From NCBI RefSeq assembly GCF_964204645.1, contig NC_134026.1:16898150-16962149 (forward strand): a stretch of DNA of 64,000 nt, read 5' to 3'. A model generated the notes under the pieces. That model was given only the letters and a program-made list of their open reading frames with translations, searched no databases and was not told the origin of the DNA. Every line of letters starts with the position of its first letter. The first letter of the stretch is position 1. Shown here in pieces: positions 1 through 13,100 of this stretch. The position numbers were made by a program, and so were the translations under genes. Origin of the DNA: Tubulanus polymorphus. Lineage: Eukaryota > Animalia > Nemertea.

Positions 1-829
1 GTCCCGTTCCGAACAGTGAGATATTGACTGTACCTTAACTACAGGAGGATATACTAAATGTTCTCCCGTTTAATCTGCAGGAGCCGTCTTCGAAGCTTGA
101 TGAGAACATGGCCAGAGTTGGGCAGCGTATCAGACAAATATCGGGCCCGTTAGGTTTAGTTTGGCAGGAGTTAGAGAAAGCCAGGGAAAACCTGGAAGAT
201 ATGCTAGAGTTAAACTCCCTTATCCAGTTGGTGGAGAAAAGTTTCTTGCTCGTAGGTGAAGCGTTTGTGTGGAACAACTTTGTTCGTCGAGTTGCTTTTA
301 TGTCAACTCTAGTCAAGAATATTCGGTAGGCAAACAGCATTGTCAAAGATAATGGAGCGATCTTATCGAAAAACAGGCGGAAGCTCTTTGGATCGAAATT
401 CTACAGGGCTCTGCACAAGAAGGCCTTGGAATCCAAAAAGGCTAGGGAAATACGTCAAAGCTTGACGCCGAATTCTCGGCCGAGATCGTTCAGACGAGGA
501 AGACCCTTTCCAGGGGCGCCTCCGTCACGTGGGTTTGAGGACGGAGGTGACAAGAAGACCAGAAGCTACCGTGGTGCATAGTTCCGAGGAAGAGGCAAGT
601 CTTCCAGAGGCAAACCAAGGTATGCTCAGATTTTCGTTAGATCAAGGGTCACAAAGGGTGAGGTAATTCAGAGCAGAGAACAATTTCTTAACCCTTTTGC
701 CCGTGGATTCCCCAGGAGAATTGGGGAAGGCCCCCAGTATGGAAGGTTTTCTGGTTCCTCCAAAGGAATTGAGGCATCTAAATATGTCTCCGGCCCCATC
801 ACTGGACATACCAGTGGGGGGGGGGGAGG

Positions 830-2700
830 TTGAAGTTTTGTGTCCAGAATTGGAAGAAGATTACCCACGATCCTTCAATATTGGAGATAGTGGAAGGATA
901 TCGAATCAAATGGCTGTCTACTCCAACCCAGATGAATCCACCCTTTGTAACGAGATTCTCTGTGATGGAGGAAAATCAAATCAATTTGGAATTGGAGGGA
1001 ATGTTGACCAAACAAGCGGTAACAGAGGTGCGCCTTCAGGCGGACCAATTTGTCCGTCACATTTTTCTCAGGGAGAAGAAGGACGGGTCTTTCAGGCCAG
1101 TGTTCAATCTGAGAAAACTGAACAAAGAGATACCTTATCAACACTTCAAGACGGAGACAATCCATACACTAAAGAATTTGATACAGAAAGGGGACTACAT
1201 GGTGAAAATAGACCTGAAGGATGCTTACTTCACCGTTCCCATGCATCCAGAAACCCAGAAATACTTACGTTTCCAATGGGCGGGGAAGACTTATCAGTTT
1301 CAAGTCCTACCCTTTGGACTGGGACCTGCTCCCAGGGTTTTCACAAAACTACTGAAGGCCCCAGTGGGCCTCCTCAGACGGATGGGAATACGTTTGATGA
1401 TTTTTCTACACGATATTATTATTTTGAACCAATCAAGCGGAAAGCTAAGAGAGGATGCTTACATGGTAGTTTGGCTTCTGATTAGTCTGGGTTTCATGAT
1501 AAACTGGGGAAATCCCTTTTAGATCAAAGTCAGATGATGGAATATATTGGGTTGCAGATCGATTCGATAATGATGATGTTAAAACTTCCCGGAGGGAAGA
1601 TAATGAAGATCAGAGAGCAGTGTCAGCAGATGCTGAATTGTCAGACTGTGACTGTCAGAGACCCGGCAAAATTGATTGGGAAATTGACAGCAACAGTGAG
1701 TGCTATCCTGCCAGCACCCCTGGACTATCGGAATTTACAGATGCTTAAGAGAGCCGGCCTGGGTGTGGGGAACCAGTCCTACGAGACAGAGGTGACTCTG
1801 ACTACGGAGGGCAGAGAAGATTTGCTGTGGTGGATTCAGGAGATTCAAAATCACAATGGCAAATCTGTCATATCTCCGGACCCAGACCTGACCATCACGA
1901 CAGATGCCTCACACCTGGGTGGGGGGGCTGTAGTGGAAGGCACAGGTTTGGTGACTCAGGGACTGTGGTCTCCCCAAGAAGCAAGCAAGCACATAAATGT
2001 GCTCGAACTGATGGTGGTACAGTTGGCACTTGGGGCGTCAGCCGGAGACAAAGAGAACTGCCACATTCACTTCAGGATGGACAACTCTACTGCAGTAGCT
2101 CAGATAAACAAGATGGGGAGCACTCGCTCCAGGGAGCTGTTGGGAGTGACAAAACAGACATGGCAGTGGTGCTTGAGGAAAGGAATAACTTTGACTGCGG
2201 CGCACTTGCCCGGAGTTCAAAACCTGGAGGCGGACAGATCCTCTCGAGTATTCGAGGAGTCGAGCGATTGGCACTTGGATCCAAAGGTGTTCAAATCAGT
2301 GGAGCAAGTCCTGGGGGTGATGGAAATAGACCTGTTTGCCAGCAAGCACAACACACAGAAGGAGAAATATGTGAGCTGGAAAGCGGACCCGGGGGCGATG
2401 GCGTTCGACGCATTTGCGCTACATTGTGGTCAGCTGAACGCGTACCTGTTTCCACCATTCTGCTTAATAAGCAGGTGTCTTTACAAAATCAGGAAGGACA
2501 AAGCCTGTGTTACCCTAGTGACTCCGGTATGGCAGACTCAGCCGTGGTATCCGGTGATGTTACAGCTGCTTGTGTGCCCGCCGGTATTGTTGCCAGCCGT
2601 ACCGAATCTACTGACGGACGTGTGGGGCAACGTGCACCCTCTAGTAGCGAACAGAACTTTACAGCTGGCAGCATGGAGGGTCTCGGGTCAATGGAAGCGC
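830..2700 (+). pseudogene. DIRS pol (RT + RNase H + methyltransferase-like domain), frameshifted near 1515
   Basis: KIDLKDAYF, LPFGL and FLHD (degenerate YLDD); RNase H TDAS/HINVLEL/DNSTAVA; MT-like DLFAS...YLFPPF. Split across ORFs 830-1522 and 1534-2952. Confidence 0.9.
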
Positions 2701-3746
2701 CACAGGGACTTTCTCAAGTCAGCTACCAGACTTTTCACACTTAGCTGGAGACAGGGTACTCAGTCAGCTTACAAATCAGCCTGGAAAAAGTGGAGTGGCT
2801 GGTGTGACGAGCGACAAATTGATCCACTTCAGGCCTCTGTGGAGTCTATAGGCAATTTTTTGGCTGAAGAATTTGAGTCTGGGAAACAGTACACAACTTT
2901 GAATGGTTACAGGTCAGCTCTGTCAGCATTTCACCCAGAGATTGAATGTTAAAAGATAGGAGGCATCCTACGATTGTGAGGCTGATGAAGGGCATCTTTA
3001 ATGATAGACCCCCGGTTCCTAGATATGAGGACACTTGGTCAGTGGATAAAGTTTTAGACAGGATAAGAGGCATGGGGGAGAATGACCGTTTGGATGACAA
3101 AGGTCTTACGCTTAAATTGGCTATGCTTATGGCCCTAACCAATGCGTGTCGAGGGTCTGAACTAAATAAAGCCAAGTTGAGTAGCAGATATGCTGAGGGG
3201 GTGAATGTTGTTTTTCAGCTTGACTCGGTCACAAAAACATCTAGACCGGGAGGACCTCTTAAGAAATTGGTATTTGCGCCGTACGAGAGAGATTCCTTGT
3301 TGGATGTGATAGGTTGCCTAACGCTTTATGAGAATAGAACAGCATGCTGGCGTGAGACCGCACCACAGAAAGAGAAACTTTTCTTATCTTTTGTGAAGCC
3401 TCATGGCCCTGTGACAAACTGCACAATTGCGAGGTGGCTTAGGACGCTGATGGAATGGTCAGGTATTGATGTGGAAAAGTATAAAGCGCATTCCACTAGG
3501 GCCGCGTCCACGTCCAAAGCGAAAACGCAGGGGCTCTCGACAGAACAAATAGTCAGGAGAGCTGACTGGTCTCAGGCTGCTACGTTTTACAGGTTTTACC
3601 ATCGAATGGAGGAGGATAACGAGGTGTCCCAGTTCCAGGGAACTGCGTTAGCCAGTTTGTGGGCTTTAAACATTCATTATTACATCTATTTAGCGATTAG
3701 GAAATTAAATTTCAGATTTCATAAGTGCGCGAAGCGCATGAAATGA
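2700..3746 (+). pseudogene. DIRS tyrosine recombinase, frameshifted near 2946
   Basis: TQSAYKSAWKKW...YRSALS N-terminal module, then RGSEL, AHSTR and W...TFYRFY catalytic motifs. Confidence 0.88.
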
Positions 3747-3786
3747 AATTATAATTTAATGAGTAAACCTAAATAGATGTAATAAT
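3672..3786 (+). repeat. DIRS A internal complementary region (ICR)
   Basis: The right half matches the reverse complement of the element's 3' end (4952-5030). It is followed by a CCCTCCCTCCC tract. Confidence 0.85.
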
Positions 3787-4054
3787 CCGCTCCCTCCCTC
3801 CCTGATCATTGATGTGTGATAAGTTTTTCACAAAATTGTTATTTGTATTTTTTCAGGCCGACGTAATAAGTAGTTTTGGCTCGGAAGATGAGGAACACCA
3901 GTGTAGATGGATTACTGAAGGAAGTGAATTCTCAAGGAGGGAATTAGTGTAATTTGGACTTATTAGTTGTTTTTTCCTAAGACGGGAAGTGTGTAATTCG
4001 GACATTCAGGGACATATATATATATATATGCTTATCTGTGACTGGTGAACTTAA

Positions 4055-4647
4055 CCCTTTAACTGGCAATCGGTCGCTAGCGACCGATTTGAATAGACCA
4101 GCTATAGTGAATAGAATAGTCAAGTATTGATTTCATTGAAGCATTCTAACTCATTTTCCTATCAGCAGATGGCGACACCAGACGGCCTACAATGTCTAAC
4201 AAGGCAGGAAAGTGATATTTCATACATTTGGCATGTAGAAGGGGGTATGGAAACCACGTGTCACGTGGGTCAGATTTCGAAAATTGAGAATATCGTTAGT
4301 AGTAATGGCCAATGCACTAAAGACGTTCTCTAGTGAGTTTGGCTGATATTTTGGACATAGTAATGAAAGATTCTGATGATAATTCATATTGGGATGAATC
4401 TCATGACAGTTTTTTATTATGGGTGGCCCAAAAATCTGGATGACCTTGGGATCTGTGACCTTGGAGTCAGACCCTGAAGGTAACACCCAAAGTTCGCAAA
4501 CATGGTATCATTTGAAAGCTTGTGAAAAGAGCTTTCATAAAATACATACAATATGGGGTTATCCCTCATATCTACTGAGTTATTAAATTTTCCCCTTGCA
4601 AGGTCCAAAATCTCTCATAGGCCGAAAAATACTTGCCAGTTAAAGGG
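4055..4647. mobile_element. Non-autonomous piggyBac-type MITE inserted in DIRS A
   Basis: TTAA|CCCTTTAACTGGCAA ... TTGCCAGTTAAAGGG|TTAA: 15-bp TIRs and a TTAA TSD at 4051-4054 and 4648-4651. Confidence 0.9.
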
Positions 4648-5799
4648 TTAAAGGTTGTTTATATTTGATGTTGTAAAGAAAGGAAGTCAATAAATAAATA
4701 ATGTTATGTCAGTTGAATGGTTGTTATGCATAGGCTCTGAGAAGTGGGTGGAGTTCGGGCGGATTTGGAGCCTTAGTGAGTAAATCTTCTTTCATTTCAC
4801 AGGTTTCTGTGAAATGATCTGTTGGTACTTTATTTCGCAAAGCAGCCGATCATAGATGGCGGTTGGGTGGCGGTAAAATGAAAACTTGGTTTCGTGGAGG
4901 ACGAAACGTCGTTTAACTCGCTGCTTAATAGCTTATTCTCGAGAATAATTCATCATTACATCTATTTAGGTTTACTCATTAAATTATAATTTCATTTCAT
5001 GCGCTTCGCGCACTTATGAAATCTGAAATTAATGATGATAAAACAAGTATTCCAGTCGTGTAAATATCAGACTCATCTCTAAAAATGTGATGCTATCAGT
5101 GAATCAGCCGTGTGCTGAACACAGAAGTAAATTTCCGAAATTGTGAAACCACATTTTCGTCAGATATCTTGATGCAAAGTTACTTTATGCACGGGATATC
5201 AAAACTAGATGAATCATTGAACACATCACATACAATAAATCGTTATATCATACACCCTGAATATCAGTATTCGCGCTAGAAATGATGAATATCAACCTAT
5301 TCAATCGTGACGCCATTTTGTTTGTGAAATAACGCGCACCAGCTGATCCACCTCGTTCAATGTTATGAAGTCATGATGGAAGTCAAAACAGGGTCAACAT
5401 TAATTTCAAAGAACCAAGATTTTGAGGGGTTTCGTCTTTGAAAGCCCATAACTACCGAACCAAGCGTCGGATCTTGGCGATATAAAGTTCTTCCGACGCA
5501 AATAGCATTCAATTTTCACATGTGTTATTTTGGACAGTTAAAGATGCTGCATAAAGAAACGTGCTCAAATAAATCAAATTTTTGAAACTTTTTGGTAAAT
5601 TTCTCGAAAAATACCACACCTTTCAACTTTGCGCACCATAATGAAAAACCAATTACGAAATATTTTTATGTTTAATCCATTTAATTCGCCCATGATAGTG
5701 AAATTACAGGCTAATGAAATTGCGTTTGAGTGTGCTAAAAATAGCTTTGAGTGTAGTGTATTAAGCATACGAATGATTATCTATCGGCCAGACCGTTGA

Positions 5800-6230
5800 C
5801 ATAGGCTCGTTAACGCGAGCCTAAAATTGATCAACAGTTGCAGCCTCTACTGTTTTCCCCTGATGGCCATAATTTGAAGCAGTCAACAATTGCGGCCTCG
5901 AGGCTGTTAACGTTGTTTTTCAGGTCAGTCCCTGGTAGCCATAATTTGAATCGAATCGACCCAATTTCAAATATGGTTTTGGCCAAAGTGATACCCTACT
6001 TGTGTGCCAAGTTTGAAATAAATCGCTCAACAATTGTGGCGTCTTAGCTATTAACGTCCTTTTTCGCCTCAGTCTCATGGTGGCCATTATTCGAATCCAC
6101 CCATTTTAAATAGGATTCGGGGCCAAGTGATACCCTACTTATGTACCAAGTTTGAAAACAATCGGTCAACAACTGCGGCCTCTAGGCTGTTAACGTCGCT
6201 TTTCATGGCGGCCCCTGGTGGCCAAAAACT
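5800..6230. repeat. Probable Helentron/HINE-like fragment with ~140-bp internal repeats
   Basis: Hairpin TAGGCTCG-TTAA-CGCGAGCCTA at ~5802, followed by imperfect repeats (aatcg.tcaacaa.tg.ggc at 6021 and 6160; ccaagtgataccctactt twice). Confidence 0.45.
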
Positions 6231-6329
6231 TGTTGATCTTGATATGCCTCTTTGAACTGGAAGTGTTTGTTAAGGTTACTGCCTGTCTCAGAACCAATCG
6301 GAAATTCAGACCATTGCTGAACAAAGAGA

Positions 6330-7110
6330 GAACCATGAAAATGAATTACTAAATGGCCTTGGAAGTACATCATCAAAACGTACTTACTGGGTAATTATAA
6401 GAAAACTATTGGGTGATAAATTTAATTGCGGTATACCAACTCTCTTTGATCAAGAATCAAATAAAGAATGTGCCTTGAGTTCTGAAAAAGCTAATATATT
6501 ACTGAATTCAGTGACAAAAAAATATCAAAACGTCAAAAACTTTGATGATTTTCCTGATTTCCAAGACCGATGTGTAAATAATGTTACAATTAACTAAACA
6601 TCTCCGGATACTATCTCCAAATTGATACAACAGTTGCCTATTGATAAAGCCTGTGGCATAATAAATAGAATGTTAAAAGCTTCAAAACATCAGGTTTCAC
6701 CTCTTAATTCTGAGCTATTTAATAACCTACTTAGTAAAGACGCATTCCCGGAAAAGTGGAAATTAGGCATCGTGTCTTGTATCTACAAGAAAAGGGGTAA
6801 AAGCAACTGAGAAAACTATCGACCTATTTCATTGTTGAATACCCTGTCTAAACTGTATGAACGTGCAATCTTTGATGCAATATTTCAACATGTAAATTCC
6901 CATAACCTCATATATAATCGTCAGTCTAGCTTTCTGCCAGGTCACAGTACCTGCGACCAAATTCTAGCAATATTGACTTATATTTTTTATTTTTTGATAT
7001 TTTCACAGAAATCGCGACGTTCATTCTGTATATTTAGACATTAGTGCTGCATTCAATTCAGTTTCGCATAAGCTGTTACTTCATAAATTAAAGGCTTATG
7101 GTGTAAGGGG
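6330..7110 (+). pseudogene. Degraded non-LTR (CR1/L2-like) reverse transcriptase fragment
   Basis: FPEKWKLGIV..YKK, NYRPISLLNTLSKLYE, QSSFLPGHST and LDISAAF..V.H..L..KL..YG.RG across broken frames. Confidence 0.8.
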
Positions 7111-7131
7111 AAACGTTTGATTATTTTTGTC

Positions 7132-7197
7132 ATCATTATCATTATCACTATCACTATCACTATCACTATCACTATCACTATCACTATTATTATTATT
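7132..7197. repeat. (ATCACT)n/(ATT)n microsatellite
   Basis: Directly visible tandem repeats. Confidence 0.9.
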
Positions 7198-7525
7198 TTG
7201 TTCTTAATAATTTTAATAGTCTTTTTTCTACATAGCGGTCTTTTCAATGTTAAATATTTATAACTTTGCTATTAATGTCAATTTTGACCTTAGCATAATA
7301 ACTTATTGTAAAATTTTCCCTGAAATAAAGTTATATATATATTAGAAAAAGAAAAGAAAAATACTCTAACACAAAAACACAACCCTGTAGGATGATTATT
7401 TGCATTGTATGCTACCCTGGATACAATCAACTATTGGCTGATAAGTAATTGCACCTAACACTGACGATTGGTTACACTGCGTACACCAGCCTTTACTCTC
7501 CTTTGCTTAATAGACATTAACTTAC

Positions 7526-7608
7526 CTATCAGCGGCAAGTTTGCCCATTAATTCTGATGTACGACAAGGATGCAGCTGATAAAATGGACGTCCTAAAACC
7601 GGATGCTC
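7526..7608 (-). CDS. ATG10: ATG10 coding exon 4 (contains the catalytic HPC cysteine)
   Basis: tttcag|EHPVLGRPFYQLHPCRTSELMGKLAAD-AG|gtaagt. Phase 0 matches the previous exon, and EHP..G.PF..LHPC.T is the ATG10 signature. Confidence 0.93.
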
Positions 7609-10600
7609 CTGAAATTAAAATCAATATAAACAATAAACAGGTAGCATGCTATGTGGAGTGAACCGAGCACCATTGAGGTTAGTTAATGCAGCCGTCAATC
7701 AATTTGATAAACCCTCCTGCTCATCCACTCAATTTTACAAAAAAATTGTCACTGTTTTCCTGTGTCCACTCTATTTCAAATCTATTTCACAGTCCTTAGC
7801 TATCCCTCTCCAGCCACCACCATTCCATGTGTTCCCTTCGAAAGGTGAACATGACCTTGACTCACCGATGCATTTTTTTGTGAAATAACAAAATATAGTA
7901 ATACAGTAGACTCTTTGGACTGAAGTTAACCGAATACCGATGTAGAGTTCATTCAACATTAAATACCATATAAGGCAATTTACGGGTTTATAAAGCATTA
8001 TCAATTTAATAGTTTACGGCCTTGAAAGGTGATACCTCGTTTCTCATTAAATTGCTAAGCCACCCCCGTCACTCCAGAAGGCCAAAATAAAAAGAAAACA
8101 ATTAACCCTTCCAATACCACATAGTGTCTCCGCTGCTGTACCTGAGGGAATTTAGGGGTTTATAGGGGTATATTTGAGGCTTCATGGAATAGTTACCAAG
8201 GTATCTGACACAGAAAAATTATATAGCATGTTGTTGATAACTTTTGGGCCAACAAAGTAGACATAAACAATGTGGGTATAAGTGAACTTGAGGTCAAGGT
8301 CACATTCTCCAAGATGGCCGCCATGAAAAAATTCACGAAAAAGTTTCAGATAAACTGCTCTGTCTCCCAGCAAAATGCACTGATCTATTCAATTCCAACT
8401 GAAATTGTATGCCATATATCCTTTATGTAGTAAAAATTTCAAAGCAATAGCACAACTAAAAGATTTATTTTTCCATTGATTTACCCACTTTTCCACCGAT
8501 ATGTCGGAAGGCCGGATGTAAGGGGTTTCATTGGGGTATAATTTCAGGCCTCAGAAAATTGTTACCTATGTATTTGACACTGATACATTGTATACCAGGG
8601 TGTTGATAACCTTTGGGCTTACAAATAAGACAAATAATATGGATATATGTGACCTTGAGGATGGAGTTTCTGGTTCTTCATTATTGTTATTGGTGTCCGT
8701 TGCCATGACAACCGTATCAACAGGGTCTAAAAAAATTGTCACTGATTTCTTTTCATCATCAAAATCAATGCCGGCACTATAAACCTATTTTCTGACTAAG
8801 TCTCATCATCTGAACTGCTGCTGTCATATTTGTTGTCACTCTCAATTTGTTCACTACCAAATTCCAAGTCACCAGCATCACTGTCAGCATCATATACGAG
8901 CTGCTGAACCGTTTCATCCAGCCAAATTGTTTTTTCCTGGCTCTCGCGCGCACGTGATGACATTGTACAGTTGCATTTCGCTCTTATCGATAATTAGTAT
9001 TGTATATTAGTAATGCACTTATTGATAATTTCAAATTTCCTGGATGATGACCTGGAACAAGTCAAAATAATCAAGTAGAGACCTTCAGTAAGTTGTGCTC
9101 TTGAGTCCTTCTAAACCAGTCAATCAATAGAAAAATTAGCTCTTTTTCTCTGGTATATTCATAGTTTAGGTATGATCATAAGGATGATATTCCAAGCCAT
9201 TAAAATGACAAGGCAAGTGACTCTGGAGATAACATGCCATTTTTTGGTTCTGCCCACTTAACCTTCTATAAATCGAGCCCTGAAAACTTCTGCCCTCATC
9301 TCATATAAATATCATACTCCAATAACTTTTGGATTTAAAAAGAAAAACCTTCTGCCCTCGACTCCTCCTTGGAAAATATGAAAATACAAGTTTATTTCCT
9401 GTTTTTATTCCAATAAAGCTCAAACAAAAGATTTGCCCACCTTAGTCATGTCCAAAAATGAAATTTGGATGAGAAACAAGTTGTCAACTTTGAAGGGCTT
9501 AAAGGGAAATATTTTTCGGTTGTTGGAACAGTAAGCCTTGGGAGGAACTCGAGGCAATGTCCGTACAAATGCAGTACATAGAAAATCAATAGGCCGATAA
9601 TAATTATACACATAGACCTATGTGTTCTACTGTCAGTTTTTTCATCAGAAGGTCGATCAATTAAAGATGAACGGGGGAAATTAAGTCTGTAATATCCTAG
9701 TTTATGCTGGCAGTACCACCATAGAGGCTCGCATTTAAGGGAAATGGACTGCTAGATTTCTAAATTCACAAGGTTATTAGAGTTAGCCAGAGCAGAGGAC
9801 AAATTTGAGCATAAAATCCATCAAGTAAGGCTAAGCAGTTTACCGAGTAGCCGATACACTGAGTACAGGAGTGTAGGGATCAGAAAATTTTCATGGAATT
9901 TCACTGATGCAGCTGATTTATCGTGAACCGGTACCGAGTAGGACGGAGTCTACTGTAATTTGCATGCATTGCGCGCAAATATCGAGAGGATCTCGTTAGG
10001 ACAGGATATATATCAAGCAACAACGCTGAGTGATTTATGTTTATATATTTAGCGAGCGGTATATAGCGAGCAGATATATTTATTTGAGCTAGCGGTGTGG
10101 GAGAGTGGATAATTTTTTTGTGATCGGGACTGTTAACAGCGTCTGCGTCAGGCGATAGTTGGTCAAACATTCGCTTCTTTTGTCCTGGCGTGCTGAATTC
10201 ACTGGATAGTCGAGCGCCAGAAGTGGTCAAACACACTTGTCTCTTTCGGCAGACATAAGAATAGCACACTAGGCAGAAATATCCGATAATTACTCAAGCG
10301 TGACGATTTCATGTGAATGACCTGTATGTATGTATAGATAGGTCCAGTATTTAGTACATAAACATATAGCGAGCAAACGGAAATGTTAGACGGTTATAAG
10401 TAATAACACAAAATGTTTTCAGCTTAACAGAATGCACGATCCTGGTCGCGATACATTCCCATTATTGATAACACAACTTTCAAGAACTAAGAGAAGGCTT
10501 AACCACTAAAATAACACAAACATTTGAGCAGCGTCTCCCGATGCGATGCGGACTACGCCGCCATGTTGTAACCGCCAAGAAAGAGTAACTTTCAAGGCAA

Positions 10601-10772
10601 AATCACAAAACGAAATGCGCATTTCTTATGAATCACCTTCTGAACTAAGAAACTATGAACAGCTCTGCTGTATCATCACAGTGATCAAATCGCTGCTTTC
10701 TGAGGTAGGTTATATGCGGAATTTGAGAATATAGAATTCATTTCTTTTTATCACAAAAAGAGAAAGAGTGTA

Positions 10773-11343
10773 CCGTATTTTCCGGTGTATAAGTCGAGTT
10801 TTTGAGACCAAAAATCATGTCGCCATGATGAAATGGAATATTAATTTATGTTAGGCTACACTCATATACCAATTTGAATTTAGGATGTTGATAAAAATAG
10901 TTTCTTATAGTTTGGAAATGCTCCAAAATTAATGTTAAAAATCAAAAAAGAAAGAAAACCGCGTATATTCATTGTACAGTGTTTATATAAGCCGCGATGC
11001 TGTGGCGTGCCAATAATCAATACACAGCAGTCTAATACTAGACTACAGGCGCGCGGCATTCAATGTATACACTATACATTCAACACGTGGATACAAACAA
11101 TGAGCACTAATCCGGTAATTTAATATTAGAAACAACAGATCCCAATGATTTAATAATGCAAACAGTGGTAAAGACTCTCAACTACTATGAGAATGACATC
11201 GGCACTGTTTTCAATGTGACATATGTAAACACATGAAGAAGCGACTCGACTTATACACCGACTATAGCCCTAGCACAACTTTTTAAACTGAAAATTTGAC
11301 CTCGACTTATACACTGGGTCGCCTTGTACACCGGAAAATACGG
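10773..11343. mobile_element. Tc1/mariner (pogo/Tc2-like) MITE
   Basis: TA|CCGTATTTTCCGGTGTA ... TACACCGGAAAATACGG|TA. A second copy lies at 43451-44105 in the opposite orientation. Confidence 0.88.
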
Positions 11344-12109
11344 TATTCATTGTATGATATTTACATTTGCTGTGCTGCTTTGGCAGAATGCCAGTAGTCA
11401 ATACACAGCAGTCTTATTCTAGACATTACCGAGGCGCCGCATTCAATGCATACACCATATATTCAACACATGGATACAAGAAATAAGCACTAATCCAGTA
11501 ATTTAATATCAGAAACCACGAATCCCAATGCTGCTATTCAATCTTGATAGGACATTCATTTTATGAATATTTGCTAGCTGAAAAGGTGAAGATAAAAAAG
11601 AATCACAAGAATAAAAATTTTTGTGCTGATGGCAGGACTCTCAAGAGGTTTTGATATTTTTGGCTGATAGAAATAAACCAATAAGTTTAATCGGGCTTAA
11701 GGCTAAAAGGCCTAGTCCCATAGCAAAGAGCCAAAAGGTTCTGAGTGAAGGTGGCAGGAGACAAACATTTCACGGAACTCTTTTCTCAACGTTTTGACTT
11801 AATTTGTAAAGTTTTTAATGGCCCTAATTGCATAAAGAAAATCTATGGTAAAAACGACAAGTATGATTGTCTTCTGACTTTCATTTACATTGGCTGTGTA
11901 ATCAGTCAGTCAGCTACAAATGTAATATTTTACTGAAAGCAAATGCATCAAATCTGTGAACGTTCAAGCAACCTATGAATCTTTGCTGAAGTTATAGTTT
12001 TTTTTTTTTTAGTAAATCTACTGATAGCAATGATGACATTGCAGGCAAGCCCATGAAAATAATAGAGCTTTCTGTGAAACAGTTAAAAGCTGTTATGATA
12101 TATACTGAC

Positions 12110-12207
12110 CTGCTGTGTGATCATGGACCATTTTTCATTCTCTAGGTGCTCTCTATGCTCTTGCGGTACATAGTCCCAAACTTTATCCAATGTAACTAGC
12201 TTACCAT
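12110..12207 (-). CDS. ATG10: ATG10 coding exon 3
   Basis: ttttag|AT-GKLVTLDKVWDYVPQEHREHLENEKWSMITQQ|gtcagt; 98 nt. The phase-1 join with exon 2 gives Asp. Matches ATG10 DG..L.L..W...W..ITQQ. Confidence 0.93.
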
Positions 12208-12850
12208 CTAAAACAGAGATGCTTAACATTGGAAATACACTGGACTGACTGAACCTCTTTCTGTATGATTTCCATAGAGGCTGATGTTCAGTGATACTAT
12301 AACTGCAAAGCAGTGATAATAATTTCTGCATTTGCATAATCTGGATGGCACTCCAATGTTGATACCGCCAAATTTTTATTCCATCTGTCCTCATTATGAT
12401 AATCTAATCAATTACAAATAAATTCATTATTCCCAGTGATTCGGCTGCAGGCCTCAAACAGTTACGTAGTTTAAAGATATTCTATATTTCTCTACCAAAT
12501 TTACTGAATATTTACAACTATAAATCATTAAAGCACTGTCGAGCCATAAACAAGATAAATTGGGTCCCATTCAATGAATGGACTTGTTTTTCTAAGTCGT
12601 TGTCCTGCTGGGACTCTCCGCTGATTTCTTGTCACTACATCCTAAGCTCAAAACAGGATTTCTGTATAGCTAATAAAAACATCATCTAAGCAGCACATTT
12701 ACCTGTGCATTCAGGCTGTGTAGAAGGTTTTCTGTACAATGGCGAGAATCAATGCCATCAGGATTGAGTCTCGCCAGGGAAAGAAGATGTTTGCCTGTAA
12801 CCATGCGTTATTCAAAGGAGTTTCTAGCATATATTTCTTTCTGTCAAACA

Positions 12851-13100
12851 AACTAGGGGTCCAGGGACACCATGCCTACTTGGAAAGTGCTTTGAAATGC
12901 TCAACAATCTAACAATTTCAATATTCAACGACCCCTTGTAAACATATACTTACACCAATGACCTTGAAACTCACCACACTCATAGAACATGAGCTACCAT
13001 TTCGCAACTGATTGTAGTAATAAAATATGCCTAGGTGCAAATACAATAAGGAAATACTAAGTTATTCCATTATTCAACACCTCCTGGTGACCATATACAA
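12851..13100 (-). mobile_element. Partial HINE family 1 copy
   Basis: Starts AACTAGGGGTCCAGGGACACCATGCC, as at 33365, 43240, 45605 and 47535. Confidence 0.75.

Larger units (their letters stand above)
1..5030 (+). mobile_element. DIRS1-type tyrosine-recombinase retrotransposon, copy A (5' end outside window, degenerate)
   Basis: gag-like tail, RT, RNase H, MT-like and YR ORFs in DIRS order. The internal complementary region 3708-3786 is the reverse complement of the terminal 4952-5030. Confidence 0.93.

Noticed and set aside
2946-3746. Phage integrase, prophage or bacterial contamination
   Set aside because: The YR ORFs here and at 18066 follow RT/RNase H and an ICR, which is DIRS architecture.
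7904-9956. 2-kb Tigger-like element bounded by TA|CAGTAGACTC ... GAGTCTACTG|TA
   Set aside because: Only 10 bp of the ends match; they could belong to separate elements.
12208-12394. N-terminal part of ORF 12083-12394 as coding
   Set aside because: Only 12110-12207 is ATG10-like and bounded by AG/GT; the rest is intron read-through.
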